A stretch of 64,000 bases of DNA from Candidatus Pollutiaquabacter sp. Lineage in GTDB: Bacteria > Bacteroidota > Bacteroidia > AKYH767-A > 2013-40CM-41-45. This document shows, piece by piece, positions 8,921 through 18,900 of the stretch. The translations under genes were made by a program, and so were the position numbers. The notes below the pieces were generated by a model. That model was not told the origin of the DNA, ran no database searches, and saw nothing but the letters and a program-made list of their open reading frames with translations. Within the stretch, counting starts at the first letter, position 1, and each line of letters starts with the position of its first letter. The stretch is from NCBI GenBank assembly GCA_947465495.1, contig CANIAS010000007.1:444-64443 (forward strand), in the 5' to 3' direction.

Positions 8921-11416
8921 ATGAAAAATTATTACTCAAAATTCCTGTGCTTGTTTTTCTTGTCGCTGCTTGTATCCTTTGGTATGACAGCACAGACCAA
9001 TCAGTATCTTGATTTCGACGGCGTGGATGATTTTGTCAGTATTCCGAATGGAAGTGCTACGATTGCTGGTTCCAATGCAATTACTATTGCCGGATGGTTT
9101 TACGATAATCAGCTTTCATACGGACAGGGTTTGATGGGCTTTCGTGGAACAGCAGGAGGGTTTTATTTGATTCAGCTCAATACAGGTGCTATTGAATGTC
9201 GCTTGTTGAATTCTGCAGGTACACTCTACACTTACAATGCTCCTAACTTGACCATTGTTCCGCAAGTTTGGCAACATTATGCATGGGTATACAATGGTTC
9301 TAACATCTCCTTATACAGGAATGGAGTGCTGTTGGGCGGTGTTGCTGCAGCAGGATCGATTTCCGCTACCAACATCCCATTTACTATTGGAAAAAGTCCG
9401 TTGAGTGGTTTTAACTTTCTCTATAATGGTCGTATCGACGAGGTCTCTGTTTGGAATAAAGCACTTACGGCTACTGAAATCCAGGATATGATGACGAACG
9501 AGCTTACAGGGACAGAGCCGAATTTGAAAATGTATTACAAGTTTAACCAAGGTGTTCCTGCTGGTAACAATACTAGCATTACCAAATTAATTACCGAAGT
9601 TAATTCTCCATTGTACGATGGCGATTTGTACAACTTTGCGTTGAACGGCGCTACTTCTAATTTTAACGGCACGTTGAATACTTCTTTCCAGGCGATCTCT
9701 TTTCCTCAAATTGCTACACAATTGACCACTACAGCTTCCGTGCAGTTGGGTGCAACAGCGTCTTCGGGCCTTGCAGTAAATTATTCAGTGGAGTCAGGTC
9801 CAGCCACTGTGAATGGAAACATCGTAACGTTGACAGGGCCAGGAACTGTGTGTATTCGTGCGAGTCAATTGGGAAATGCAGCCTATGATTCTGCTACATC
9901 GGTAGTGAACTGTTTTGATGTTGTTGATCCTGCGCAGAACTTGCCCATCGTTGAAGCTCGTAATCCGGTGGATGGAGCCGACGTGTACATGCCTACCTTA
10001 GGCATGTTGCAGCTAGCAGCGAAAGTGTCCATAGATTATCCGTCGTTGTTCAATGTTCAAAATGTTCATTTCGTAGTCAACGGACAAACGTTGCCCACGG
10101 TGAATCATGGAAATGGTCATTATACTTCTTGGTGGACGCCATCGTCGTTTGGATCACATATGTTTCAAATCGTTTCTACCAGTAACTATGGAGCCACCAA
10201 TACGGTGAACGTTACGGTGAACGTGACTTCTACCGCGACCGACCTTTCCAATGTTCAAGCATTCAGTGGTATTTGGTTAAATACGGATTCCATCTCAGCC
10301 ATGCGCGATGGCGTGTTGCCTTCTTTTGTAGGCGCCTATGATACGATCATCGCTACATTGGTCGTTACTTGTCCTCCGGGCGGATGCGGTCCTTGGGATC
10401 GCGTGGCCAGCATTGATGCCCAAGGCAAAGATGGTCGGTGGTTTGAGATTATCCGTTACATTACGCCGTATGGTGTCCCTTGTACGCATCGAATCAACCT
10501 GACGGATTATATGTCCATCTTACAAGGTAAGGTGACATTCCGTGCTAACTGTGCTACATTGGACAATGGTTTCCAATACGAATTGAAATTCGATTTCAAA
10601 GCCGGTACGCCGCCTCACAAATACAGCAGTGTGACCAACGTTTGGAAAGCGATTTACCCTTTTGGAGATTATTCCAATTTGCAACCTGTCCCATCGTTCA
10701 ACTATACCTATCCTACGGATGCTGTTGCGTCCAAATTGAAGCTTGTCAGTACTGGTCACGGTTGGGGAAGTTTGAATACCAGCAACGCAGCCGAGTTCTA
10801 TAGTGCTACGCATAACATTTGGGTGAATGGGGCTAGTACATTTGCGCAGCTGAATTGGTTAACCTGTAGCCCTAATCCTGATGGTTGTTCGCCTCAAAGT
10901 GGAACATGGACCTATGCACGAGCCGGTTGGTGTCCGGGAGCGATTGCACCTTATTTCGATTACGACATGACTTCCTTCATCGCACAATCGAATGTGAGTT
11001 TGGATTACAAATTCTTTACAGGCTATGTGGATCAGTGCCATCCAAACAATCCGAATTGCGTGACAGGTGTCACTTGCAGCGATTGTAACGATGGTTTTAA
11101 TCCGCAGCTGGATGTAAACTGTAATCTGATTACATTCTATGATTCTACAATTACACTTGGAATACAAGAAAATGATTATGTAGGGTTTGTCGTGTTTCCT
11201 AATCCTACCTCTGGTAATTTCACGTTGTCTTCCGGCGGGAAGTCAAACCTACACTATGACGTAACGGTCATGGATTTAATGGGTAAATCCGTGTTAGAAT
11301 TTGAATGGAATGGCGACCGCCAACTGGTTGATTTAAACTCGCAGCCAAAGGGAGTGTATATCGTACGTGTCAGCAATGGCAGTTCAAATTCCTTTAAGAA
11401 AATTGTGCTGCAGTAG
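8921..11416 (+). CDS. Secreted multidomain protein: LamG-like jellyroll + peptide-N-glycosidase F-like domains + T9SS type A CTD
   Basis: LamG motifs (LDFDGVDDFV, WQHYAWVYNG, GRIDEVSVWNKAL), PNGase F motifs (CGPWDR, FEIIRYITPYG, TGHGWG..AAEF, GTWTYARAGWCPG) and the CTD 'FPNPTSG...GVYIVRV'. Confidence 0.85.
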   Translation: MKNYYSKFLCLFFLSLLVSFGMTAQTNQYLDFDGVDDFVSIPNGSATIAGSNAITIAGWFYDNQLSYGQGLMGFRGTAGGFYLIQLNTGAIECRLLNSAGTLYTYNAPNLTIVPQVWQHYAWVYNGSNISLYRNGVLLGGVAAAGSISATNIPFTIGKSPLSGFNFLYNGRIDEVSVWNKALTATEIQDMMTNELTGTEPNLKMYYKFNQGVPAGNNTSITKLITEVNSPLYDGDLYNFALNGATSNFNGTLNTSFQAISFPQIATQLTTTASVQLGATASSGLAVNYSVESGPATVNGNIVTLTGPGTVCIRASQLGNAAYDSATSVVNCFDVVDPAQNLPIVEARNPVDGADVYMPTLGMLQLAAKVSIDYPSLFNVQNVHFVVNGQTLPTVNHGNGHYTSWWTPSSFGSHMFQIVSTSNYGATNTVNVTVNVTSTATDLSNVQAFSGIWLNTDSISAMRDGVLPSFVGAYDTIIATLVVTCPPGGCGPWDRVASIDAQGKDGRWFEIIRYITPYGVPCTHRINLTDYMSILQGKVTFRANCATLDNGFQYELKFDFKAGTPPHKYSSVTNVWKAIYPFGDYSNLQPVPSFNYTYPTDAVASKLKLVSTGHGWGSLNTSNAAEFYSATHNIWVNGASTFAQLNWLTCSPNPDGCSPQSGTWTYARAGWCPGAIAPYFDYDMTSFIAQSNVSLDYKFFTGYVDQCHPNNPNCVTGVTCSDCNDGFNPQLDVNCNLITFYDSTITLGIQENDYVGFVVFPNPTSGNFTLSSGGKSNLHYDVTVMDLMGKSVLEFEWNGDRQLVDLNSQPKGVYIVRVSNGSSNSFKKIVLQ

Positions 11417-11591
11417 TTTAGCGGATAAAGTCATCCTTCAATGGGTAGATGTCCTAGGTCAAATCCCTGGATTAGGCGTATGGTTTTCGAGGCATTAGTG
11501 GTTGAAAGACTAAGTTCGGTTTTAGCCGATTGCCTGTTTTTTTAGCACTATTTTTCAGTCAGAAATCTGAACTGAAAGTGACTTTTGTCCT

Positions 11592-11599
11592 TAAATTTG
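11592..11599 (+). promoter_or_regulatory. Bacteroidota -7 promoter box
   Basis: TAAATTTG matches TAnnTTTG, about 80 bp upstream of the next CDS. Confidence 0.5.
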
Positions 11600-11678
11600 C
11601 AGTTTTAGCCAACAATATTTTGATAAGGTTGTTTTTATTGGTTAATTGCCTATCAGTCAGCCGATTCAATTGATAAAA

Positions 11679-14600
11679 ATGCCCTTTTTTGGCTTAAAAT
11701 ACCGTATTGCCGCATTTTACCTGGTAGTACTGACATTTTTTAGTCATTTCGTGTCAGGTCAATCAATGGGTGTTTCCCAACAGCCGTTGAGAAACGCCAG
11801 TGGCGAGTATTACTATCCATCTACTAGAAAAGCCACGACGGGAATTCCTGCCGGGGCACTTCGTACCATTCAAAAGCAAAACGAGCTTTTGAAAAGTCAG
11901 GGTAGAAATGTGACGGTGCATTCTTACAGTCGAGCTTCCAGTTCAACATCTTCCAGTGTATGTGGCACCTGTCATGACATGGGTGTTGAAAATGGTTGGA
12001 GTGTATGGCAAGCCCAAGAGGGGTATGCCCGGTTTCTAGTGGGAGATACTTTTTTATCGCCAATTGTTCCTGCTGCTCAGCGATTTAATATTACAACAGG
12101 AGCAGGCATTGATCGCTTGACGCCTGGAGTAAATGCTGGGGATCCTCCAATTACTGTTGTTGCCCCACCCGGATTCGGAAACAGTTCGATACAACTTGGT
12201 CAGTTAGAAACGGACGGACAAGGTGGTGGATGCCTTCCTCCTCAACAGCCTGGACAGCAACAGCAGGGGCAAGGGTGTGCGGAGCGACTTACCTATTGTT
12301 TCACCGTAGGTATTTTAGATACCAATTTCATCTACGCCTACGCCTTTGTGATGGAGAACCCTACGGATTCTGTCAGTTCGCATTTGCCGGATGACATGCC
12401 GTACGTGGAGTTTTTAATGCTGGATGCAAATGGCGATACAATTCAATGCGCCTATCAGCAGTATATCGCCAATCAAGCTTTTGGTGGTCAGTATAAGTGC
12501 AATGCTTCAAGAGCCTCAACATCAGGGGCCTTTCGTGATACGGCAATTTATAAGCCCTGGACCATCGAGGGTGTCAACCTGACCAATTACATTGGGCAGA
12601 ATCTAACGGTGGTGATTACGAACGCTGACTGCACTTTGGGAGGTCACTTCGCACATTCCTATTGGGATTTTGCCTGCGGATCCAATGCATCGGTTATTAA
12701 ACCCAATTGTTATCCGAATGCACCCGATACCTTAGTGGGACCGGCTCCGCCAGACTCTTCCATTTCTTATTCGTATTTGTGGTTTAAGAATAATGATCCG
12801 GTCTCTATCGGGAATACTCAGGTGATCACGCCGTATTCTCAGAATGGTGATACCTTCACGGTGAAGGTGTCTTCAGCGGCTGGATGCGATTGGTACGCAC
12901 GGTTTATTCCACAGCATTTCAACATAACGACTGATTTTAATTATAGTACTCATTGTGGTTATGCGGATTTTTCGGATACCAGTTTTTCGCCATCTACCGA
13001 AGATCCTATCAGTTATTGGTCGTGGAATTTCACATCGGGTAATCCTGCGGTTTCTGCTACTGCCAGTCAGTCGAACGTAAGGTTCCCGCCAGGATCTTAT
13101 GCCGTCCAGCTTATTTCAGGTACCTATTCGCCGGGTTGCCGTGATACGATTACCAAAACAATCCGAGTGCCGCAGTATCCAGTGGCAGACTTTGCTACAA
13201 ATGATTTATGTGCTGGAACTCCTTTAGCACTCTTGAATAATTCCACCGTATCGGTGGGCGATACCCTCCAGACGTATCGATGGGATTTTTCGGGTGGCAA
13301 TCCGGATACATCTTCCGTTCGCACACCTTCCGTAGTTTATGCTTCCGCCGGTACTTACCAGGTTTCCTTGTTTGTCAGCACTACCAATGGTTGTTCGGAT
13401 TCCACACGACATTCAGTGATTGTTCACGAGGTCCCAGTTGCCGACTTTTTGGTAGACTCGGTGTGCCTTGGAGATACTATCACATTGATCAATCAAAGCT
13501 TATTTTTGGATCCGAACGATACGTTGTCGTACGCATGGACAATCCCCGGCGGACTTCCGTCGTCAACGAACGTGGAGGACACGGTGGTGGTTTACAATAC
13601 TCCGCTATCATCGCAAATACAGCTTATTACTACATCGCAGTTTGGATGCGCTGACACAATTCGCCGTACAGCAGTCGTTCATCCATTGCCTGTTGCTTCT
13701 TATTCTGCACCAAGGGTGTGTTATGGAACGCCGATTGCAATATCCAATTCCTCTGCCGTATCGATGGGTGACACCGTTCAGTCGTATGCATGGAAATTCC
13801 CCAATGGTGTTCCTACTACTTCGTCCGACTCATCCCCGGTAGTTACTTTTTCCTTGTTGGATACCTCCTTCACGACCCTTGTAGTTACTACTGTGAACGG
13901 ATGTAAGGATACTGCCAACGTAGCCATAGTAGCCACTGCTGATCCTTCGGCAACTTTTATTGCTAATTCATTGTGTGTATTTGATACGCTTCATGTACTG
14001 AATACTTCATCGACAAATCCACCGGGAGAACCGATGTATTTTTCGTGGGATGTTTCAGGGAGTAACTCCATGACAACCACTGATGAAAACCCCACAGTGT
14101 ATTATACGATTCCTGATAGTTCGTTGATTACCCTGATCGCAACAGCAGTGGGAGGTTGTGCGGATACCATTCAAAAGAAAATTGCCATCTATCCACTTCC
14201 CGCTCCAGCAATTAATGTGTCTAACATTTGTTTTGGCGATACGGCACATGTATTGAATGCAACAACGTTGTCGCCGGGGGATACCATTTCTTCCTACCGA
14301 TGGTCCTTTCAGGAGGCAACGCCTCCGACTTCCACAGTAATTTCTCCTTCCGTCTATTTCAATGCTCCAGGGGCATTCGACATTTCACTAGTTGCTACAA
14401 CCAAGCATGGTTGCGTAGACTCAACCTTGTCTCAAATTGTAGTCTATCGTCCGCCTGTGGCTGCGATTAGTCCTGGTGACTCTGGTTGCGTTCCTGTATG
14501 CAGGACATTTACTGATTTATCAATTCCGAACGATGGTACGATTGACCAATGGAATTGGAGTTTTCCGGGAGGCGTACCTGTACGTTCTACGGATCAAAAT

Positions 14601-15308
14601 CCTGGAGAGATATGCTACGATGAGCCGGGGGTTTATCCTGTTTCATTAGACATTGTAAGTTCAACAGGGTGTAAGTCCAGTTTGTTGGTGGATAGCATGA
14701 TCCGTGGATATTCATTGCCGAATGCAGATTTTTCAATAAGTACACAAGGTGTAACGTATAGCAATCCTGTTTTCTGGTTCGATGATAACAGCAGTGATAA
14801 TGTTGTAAAATGGGAATGGGATTTTGGTGATGGATCGCCAATTGATGCCACTGGGCCTAATCCTTATCATTCATATGCATCATCGATGACGGGTAATGAT
14901 TTTTACAATTACGTTACTACGTTGTTGGTGACTACCAAGTATGGTTGTGTGGATACGATTTCCAGGCCATTGGATGTTACGCCTAATTTTACGTTCTATA
15001 TTCCAAGTTCATTTACTCCTAATGGCGATCTCAATAACAATACCTTTTACGGGAAAGGGCTTGGAATTACTGAATACGAGATTTGGATTTTTGATCGTTG
15101 GGGATTGGAGTTGTATTACTGCAAGGAGAAAGGCTCCAATGTGCCGTACGATACTTGGGGAGAAGAGGGCATGCCGGCTGCATGTCAATGGGATGGGAAG
15201 TTGTTCGGAAAGACGGTCCAGCAAGATGTATATGTTTGGAAGGTCCGACTAAAAGATATTTTTGGAAAGGTGCATTCCTATCTCGGAAGAGTGACAGTCT
15301 ATTATTGA
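11679..15308 (+). CDS. PKD-repeat protein with gliding motility-associated (T9SS type B) C-terminal domain
   Basis: Multiple PKD units (YRWDFSGGNP, WEWDFGDG) and C-terminal 'FYIPSSFTPNGDLNN...IFDRWG...WDG...DVYVWK'. ATG at 11679 preferred over TTG at 11646. Confidence 0.88.
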   Translation: MPFFGLKYRIAAFYLVVLTFFSHFVSGQSMGVSQQPLRNASGEYYYPSTRKATTGIPAGALRTIQKQNELLKSQGRNVTVHSYSRASSSTSSSVCGTCHDMGVENGWSVWQAQEGYARFLVGDTFLSPIVPAAQRFNITTGAGIDRLTPGVNAGDPPITVVAPPGFGNSSIQLGQLETDGQGGGCLPPQQPGQQQQGQGCAERLTYCFTVGILDTNFIYAYAFVMENPTDSVSSHLPDDMPYVEFLMLDANGDTIQCAYQQYIANQAFGGQYKCNASRASTSGAFRDTAIYKPWTIEGVNLTNYIGQNLTVVITNADCTLGGHFAHSYWDFACGSNASVIKPNCYPNAPDTLVGPAPPDSSISYSYLWFKNNDPVSIGNTQVITPYSQNGDTFTVKVSSAAGCDWYARFIPQHFNITTDFNYSTHCGYADFSDTSFSPSTEDPISYWSWNFTSGNPAVSATASQSNVRFPPGSYAVQLISGTYSPGCRDTITKTIRVPQYPVADFATNDLCAGTPLALLNNSTVSVGDTLQTYRWDFSGGNPDTSSVRTPSVVYASAGTYQVSLFVSTTNGCSDSTRHSVIVHEVPVADFLVDSVCLGDTITLINQSLFLDPNDTLSYAWTIPGGLPSSTNVEDTVVVYNTPLSSQIQLITTSQFGCADTIRRTAVVHPLPVASYSAPRVCYGTPIAISNSSAVSMGDTVQSYAWKFPNGVPTTSSDSSPVVTFSLLDTSFTTLVVTTVNGCKDTANVAIVATADPSATFIANSLCVFDTLHVLNTSSTNPPGEPMYFSWDVSGSNSMTTTDENPTVYYTIPDSSLITLIATAVGGCADTIQKKIAIYPLPAPAINVSNICFGDTAHVLNATTLSPGDTISSYRWSFQEATPPTSTVISPSVYFNAPGAFDISLVATTKHGCVDSTLSQIVVYRPPVAAISPGDSGCVPVCRTFTDLSIPNDGTIDQWNWSFPGGVPVRSTDQNPGEICYDEPGVYPVSLDIVSSTGCKSSLLVDSMIRGYSLPNADFSISTQGVTYSNPVFWFDDNSSDNVVKWEWDFGDGSPIDATGPNPYHSYASSMTGNDFYNYVTTLLVTTKYGCVDTISRPLDVTPNFTFYIPSSFTPNGDLNNNTFYGKGLGITEYEIWIFDRWGLELYYCKEKGSNVPYDTWGEEGMPAACQWDGKLFGKTVQQDVYVWKVRLKDIFGKVHSYLGRVTVYY

Positions 15309-15357
15309 TCCTGTCGTATCTTGTGGTGGAAAATCTGCTGCCTAATCTCCCGCTTTT

Positions 15358-15810
15358 GTGCTTCCACTAAAATCCTTATTGATTGATCATTGTGAACGAT
15401 ACTGTGCACAGCGAATTCACGCAGCCCAGGAAGCTATGCGTTCTGCTCAGGATTCAGCTAACGACGAAACAAAGAGTAGTGCAGGGGATAAGCATGAAAC
15501 GGGTCGAGCCATGGCCATGCTGGAAGTAGAAATGAATTCGCGTCAACTTCGAGAGGCGGAATCGCTTCAGGATATTTTCAGGAGAATTGATTTTAATCGT
15601 TCATCTGAAACGATTGTCCCTGGATCTTTGGTGATGACCACGCAGGGTGTATTTTTGATTGCCATTAGTGCAGGTACGGTTCGGATGGAAGATCAGACTT
15701 GTTTTCTGATAGCGCCGGACGCTCCAATCGGACGATTATTGATGGGAAAAAGAGCCGGAGATGTATTTTTATTTCAGGGCAGGGAGTTTTGCATTTTAAC
15801 GATCGGTTAA
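15358..15810 (+). CDS. GreA/GreB-like protein (Bacteroidota ETKSSAGDKxETGRAM family)
   Basis: Coiled coil with tip 'GDKHE' and a GreA-like C-terminal 'APIGRLLMGKRAGD'. Confidence 0.75.
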   Translation: MLPLKSLLIDHCERYCAQRIHAAQEAMRSAQDSANDETKSSAGDKHETGRAMAMLEVEMNSRQLREAESLQDIFRRIDFNRSSETIVPGSLVMTTQGVFLIAISAGTVRMEDQTCFLIAPDAPIGRLLMGKRAGDVFLFQGREFCILTIG

Positions 15811-15945
15811 TCCCTCATTTAGTTTTAAAAAAACCATTAAAATCCATTTTGCACACAGTTTAATGTGGGATTGTTTATTGATATTTGTCAGCTTTAATGC
15901 TGTTTATTTTAGTAAATTCGAGAGGCATTACCCGTTATTAACTCC

Positions 15946-18900
15946 GTGCGATTGCATCAGAACACTTTGAAAGTTGCTCCGTCGATGACGGTTAACTCCA
16001 TTCGATGGTGCTATCGCATCTTTTTATGGGTTACTGTACTTTTTGCTTCAGTGCCCGCTCAAAGTCAGTACCTGATTATGAACGAGGTTTCAAACGGAGC
16101 AGTCGGAAATCAAGAGTACGTTGAGTTTCTAGTGGTGAGCGATTCGGTGACGTATGATTGCAATAGTCCTGTCCCTCCTTGCATTGATATTCGAGGTTGG
16201 ATTTTCGATGACAACAATGGGTATCATGGTAATGATGGTGTGGCAGGTGGTGCTGTCCGGTTTTCTCAAAATCCTTTATGGTCTTGCGTTCCCCTTGGAA
16301 CAATCATCGTGCTTTACAATGACGCAGATAGGAACCCCGCAATCCCGGCTGATGACCTTTCGCTGTCCGATGGTAATTGCAACATCACCGCTCCCTTGAA
16401 TAGTACATTGTTCGAGTCCAACACTACCACGCCAGGGGCAATTGCTTGTTCATATCCCGCAACCGGTTGGACGCCTGGAGGTAATTGGAACAATACGGTG
16501 TTGGCCAACACCGGCGATTGCGCTCGTATTGTCAACCTGGCAGGATGTGAAGTTTTTTCATTGTGCTATGGACCAGATTCGCTGAATAATTTGATTTATT
16601 TTCCGACGTCCGGTGGTCAACGCAATTGGTACTTTAATGGAGGGGATCCTCGTATTCAAGCAAATTGGAGCGGAGGGAGCTCTTCTCCATCACCAGGTAC
16701 CCAAACTCCGGGTCTGCCAAATAATGCTGCTAACGCGGCTTATATCCAGCAGTTCAATAACTCCTGCATGCCCATCACTCCGATACAAGTTACAGCCTTG
16801 GTCAGTAACTCAGGATGTTCTTGCAATGGAACTGCTATTGCCCGAGCGATCGGTTCTATAGGTGGTTACACGTTTGAATGGTTTAATGGATCTTTTCAGT
16901 CCCTTGGACAGACGGATTCGGTGGCTACTGGTTTATGCCCCGGTCTCTATTACGTGATTGCCACTTCTCATATCGGATGCTCTGACACAGCAAGTGTTTA
17001 TGTTTCACAAACAGGTAACGTGACGATGACTGCAACAGGTGCCACAGCTTGTGCTGGCAGTGCAGTAACTATTTCAGCAACTGCGTCATCTGCAGGTGGA
17101 AATTATCTGTGGTCGCCAGGTGGAGCAACTGCAGCATCCATTTCAGTGAACCCTGCTTCCACAACGGTATATTCATGTACCTATACCCTCGGCTCTTGTC
17201 AAACGACCACTACTGCCACAGTAACCATAAATCCAGTTCCTGCGATTTCAGTGCCTTCGTCGATTGTGTGCGCTGGTGTTGCAGCTACCTTGGCAGCTAC
17301 GGTTTCCCCAGCCGGTGGTACCTATGTTTGGTCGCCTGGCGGACAAACCACAAATTCAATAACCGTCAGTCCAGCAACTACTACGAATTATTCCGTCACG
17401 TATACGTTGAGTGGTTGCACGGCATCGGCTACTAATTCAGTTACTGTAAATCCTATACCTACAGTTAGTGCCACTTCAACAACGATTTGTTCAGGTAGCA
17501 ACGCAACAGTAACTGCATCAAGTTCGCTTCCGGGCGGAACGTATGCATGGTCACCCGGCGGACAAACCACCTCTTCGATTACGGTTAGTCCGGCTACAAC
17601 CACCAACTATACCGTCACCTATACGCTAAACAATTGCTCGTCGACCTCAACAGGAAGAGTTACGGTAAATCCATTGCCTACGGTTAGTGTTGCTGCGTCC
17701 ACCATTTGTGCCGGATCAACAGCAACGATGACTGCAGTTCCTTCGCTTTCCGGTGGAACCTATGCTTGGTCGCCCGGCGGACAAACCACGAACGCTATCA
17801 GTGTTATTCCTGCGAATACAACAATCTACTCTGTGGTATATACATTAAGTGGCTGTGCTGCCTCCGACACATCAGTAGTCACTGTCAATCCATTACCCGT
17901 AGTGTCAGTGAATTCTCCTTCCATCTGCAGAGGTTCCGTCGGCACGCTTTCGGCTTCTGGAGCAACATCGTATTCATGGTCTTCGGGTAATATCAGTAGC
18001 TCGATTACTGTATCTCCCGTTAGTACCACCAATTATACTGTGACAGGAACTACTAGTGGTTGTTCGTCGTCGACAATTTCCACACTTACTGTGTTGCCGT
18101 TACCTGTTGTTACGGTTAATTCAGATTCGGTGTGTGCAGGAGGCTCATTGAATCTACAAGCCACAGGAGCTACTTCCTATTCATGGAGCAATGGAGCTGC
18201 AGGAAGTATTATTACAGTGACACCATTTACTACCACAAGTTATACCGTTGTTGGGACTACGGCCGGTTGTACAGCCACTGCTATAAGTACAGTGAATGTC
18301 GTTCCGGCACCTGTTGTTGCTGTAAATTCTGTGTCAATTTGCAGAGGAAGTAGCGCTGTTCTAATAGCTACCGGCGCATCTGATTATCAATGGAGCAATG
18401 GCGCTACTACCCCCATCATTTCGGTTTCTCCTGCCAATACATCTACATATACTGTGGTAGGGAGTATTGGCACTTGCAATTCATCGGCTATTGCTACAGT
18501 CACCGTGCGGCCTCTGCCTATAGTCCTTGTATCTTCCGCTGTTATTTGTGCTGGTCAATCCACATCACTCAATGCCTCAGGCGCTAGTGTGTATTCATGG
18601 AGTAATGGCTCTGTGAATAATTCAATTACGGTTTCGCCAGCTGTAACAACCAACTATACGGTGGTAGGTACTACCAATTCATGCTCTGATACGGCCTTAT
18701 CAATTGTAACTGTCAATCCGTTGCCGTTGGTTTCTGTGAATTCAGCTACCATTTGTCCTGGCTCAACGGCTATTCTTTCAGCAAACGGTGCTACTTCATA
18801 TCAATGGTCCAACGGTGCTACGCAGCCATCCATAAGTGTTTCGCCCATGTCGACTACCACATATTCCGTAGTGGGCACAACCCTTGGTTGTTCAGCTACT

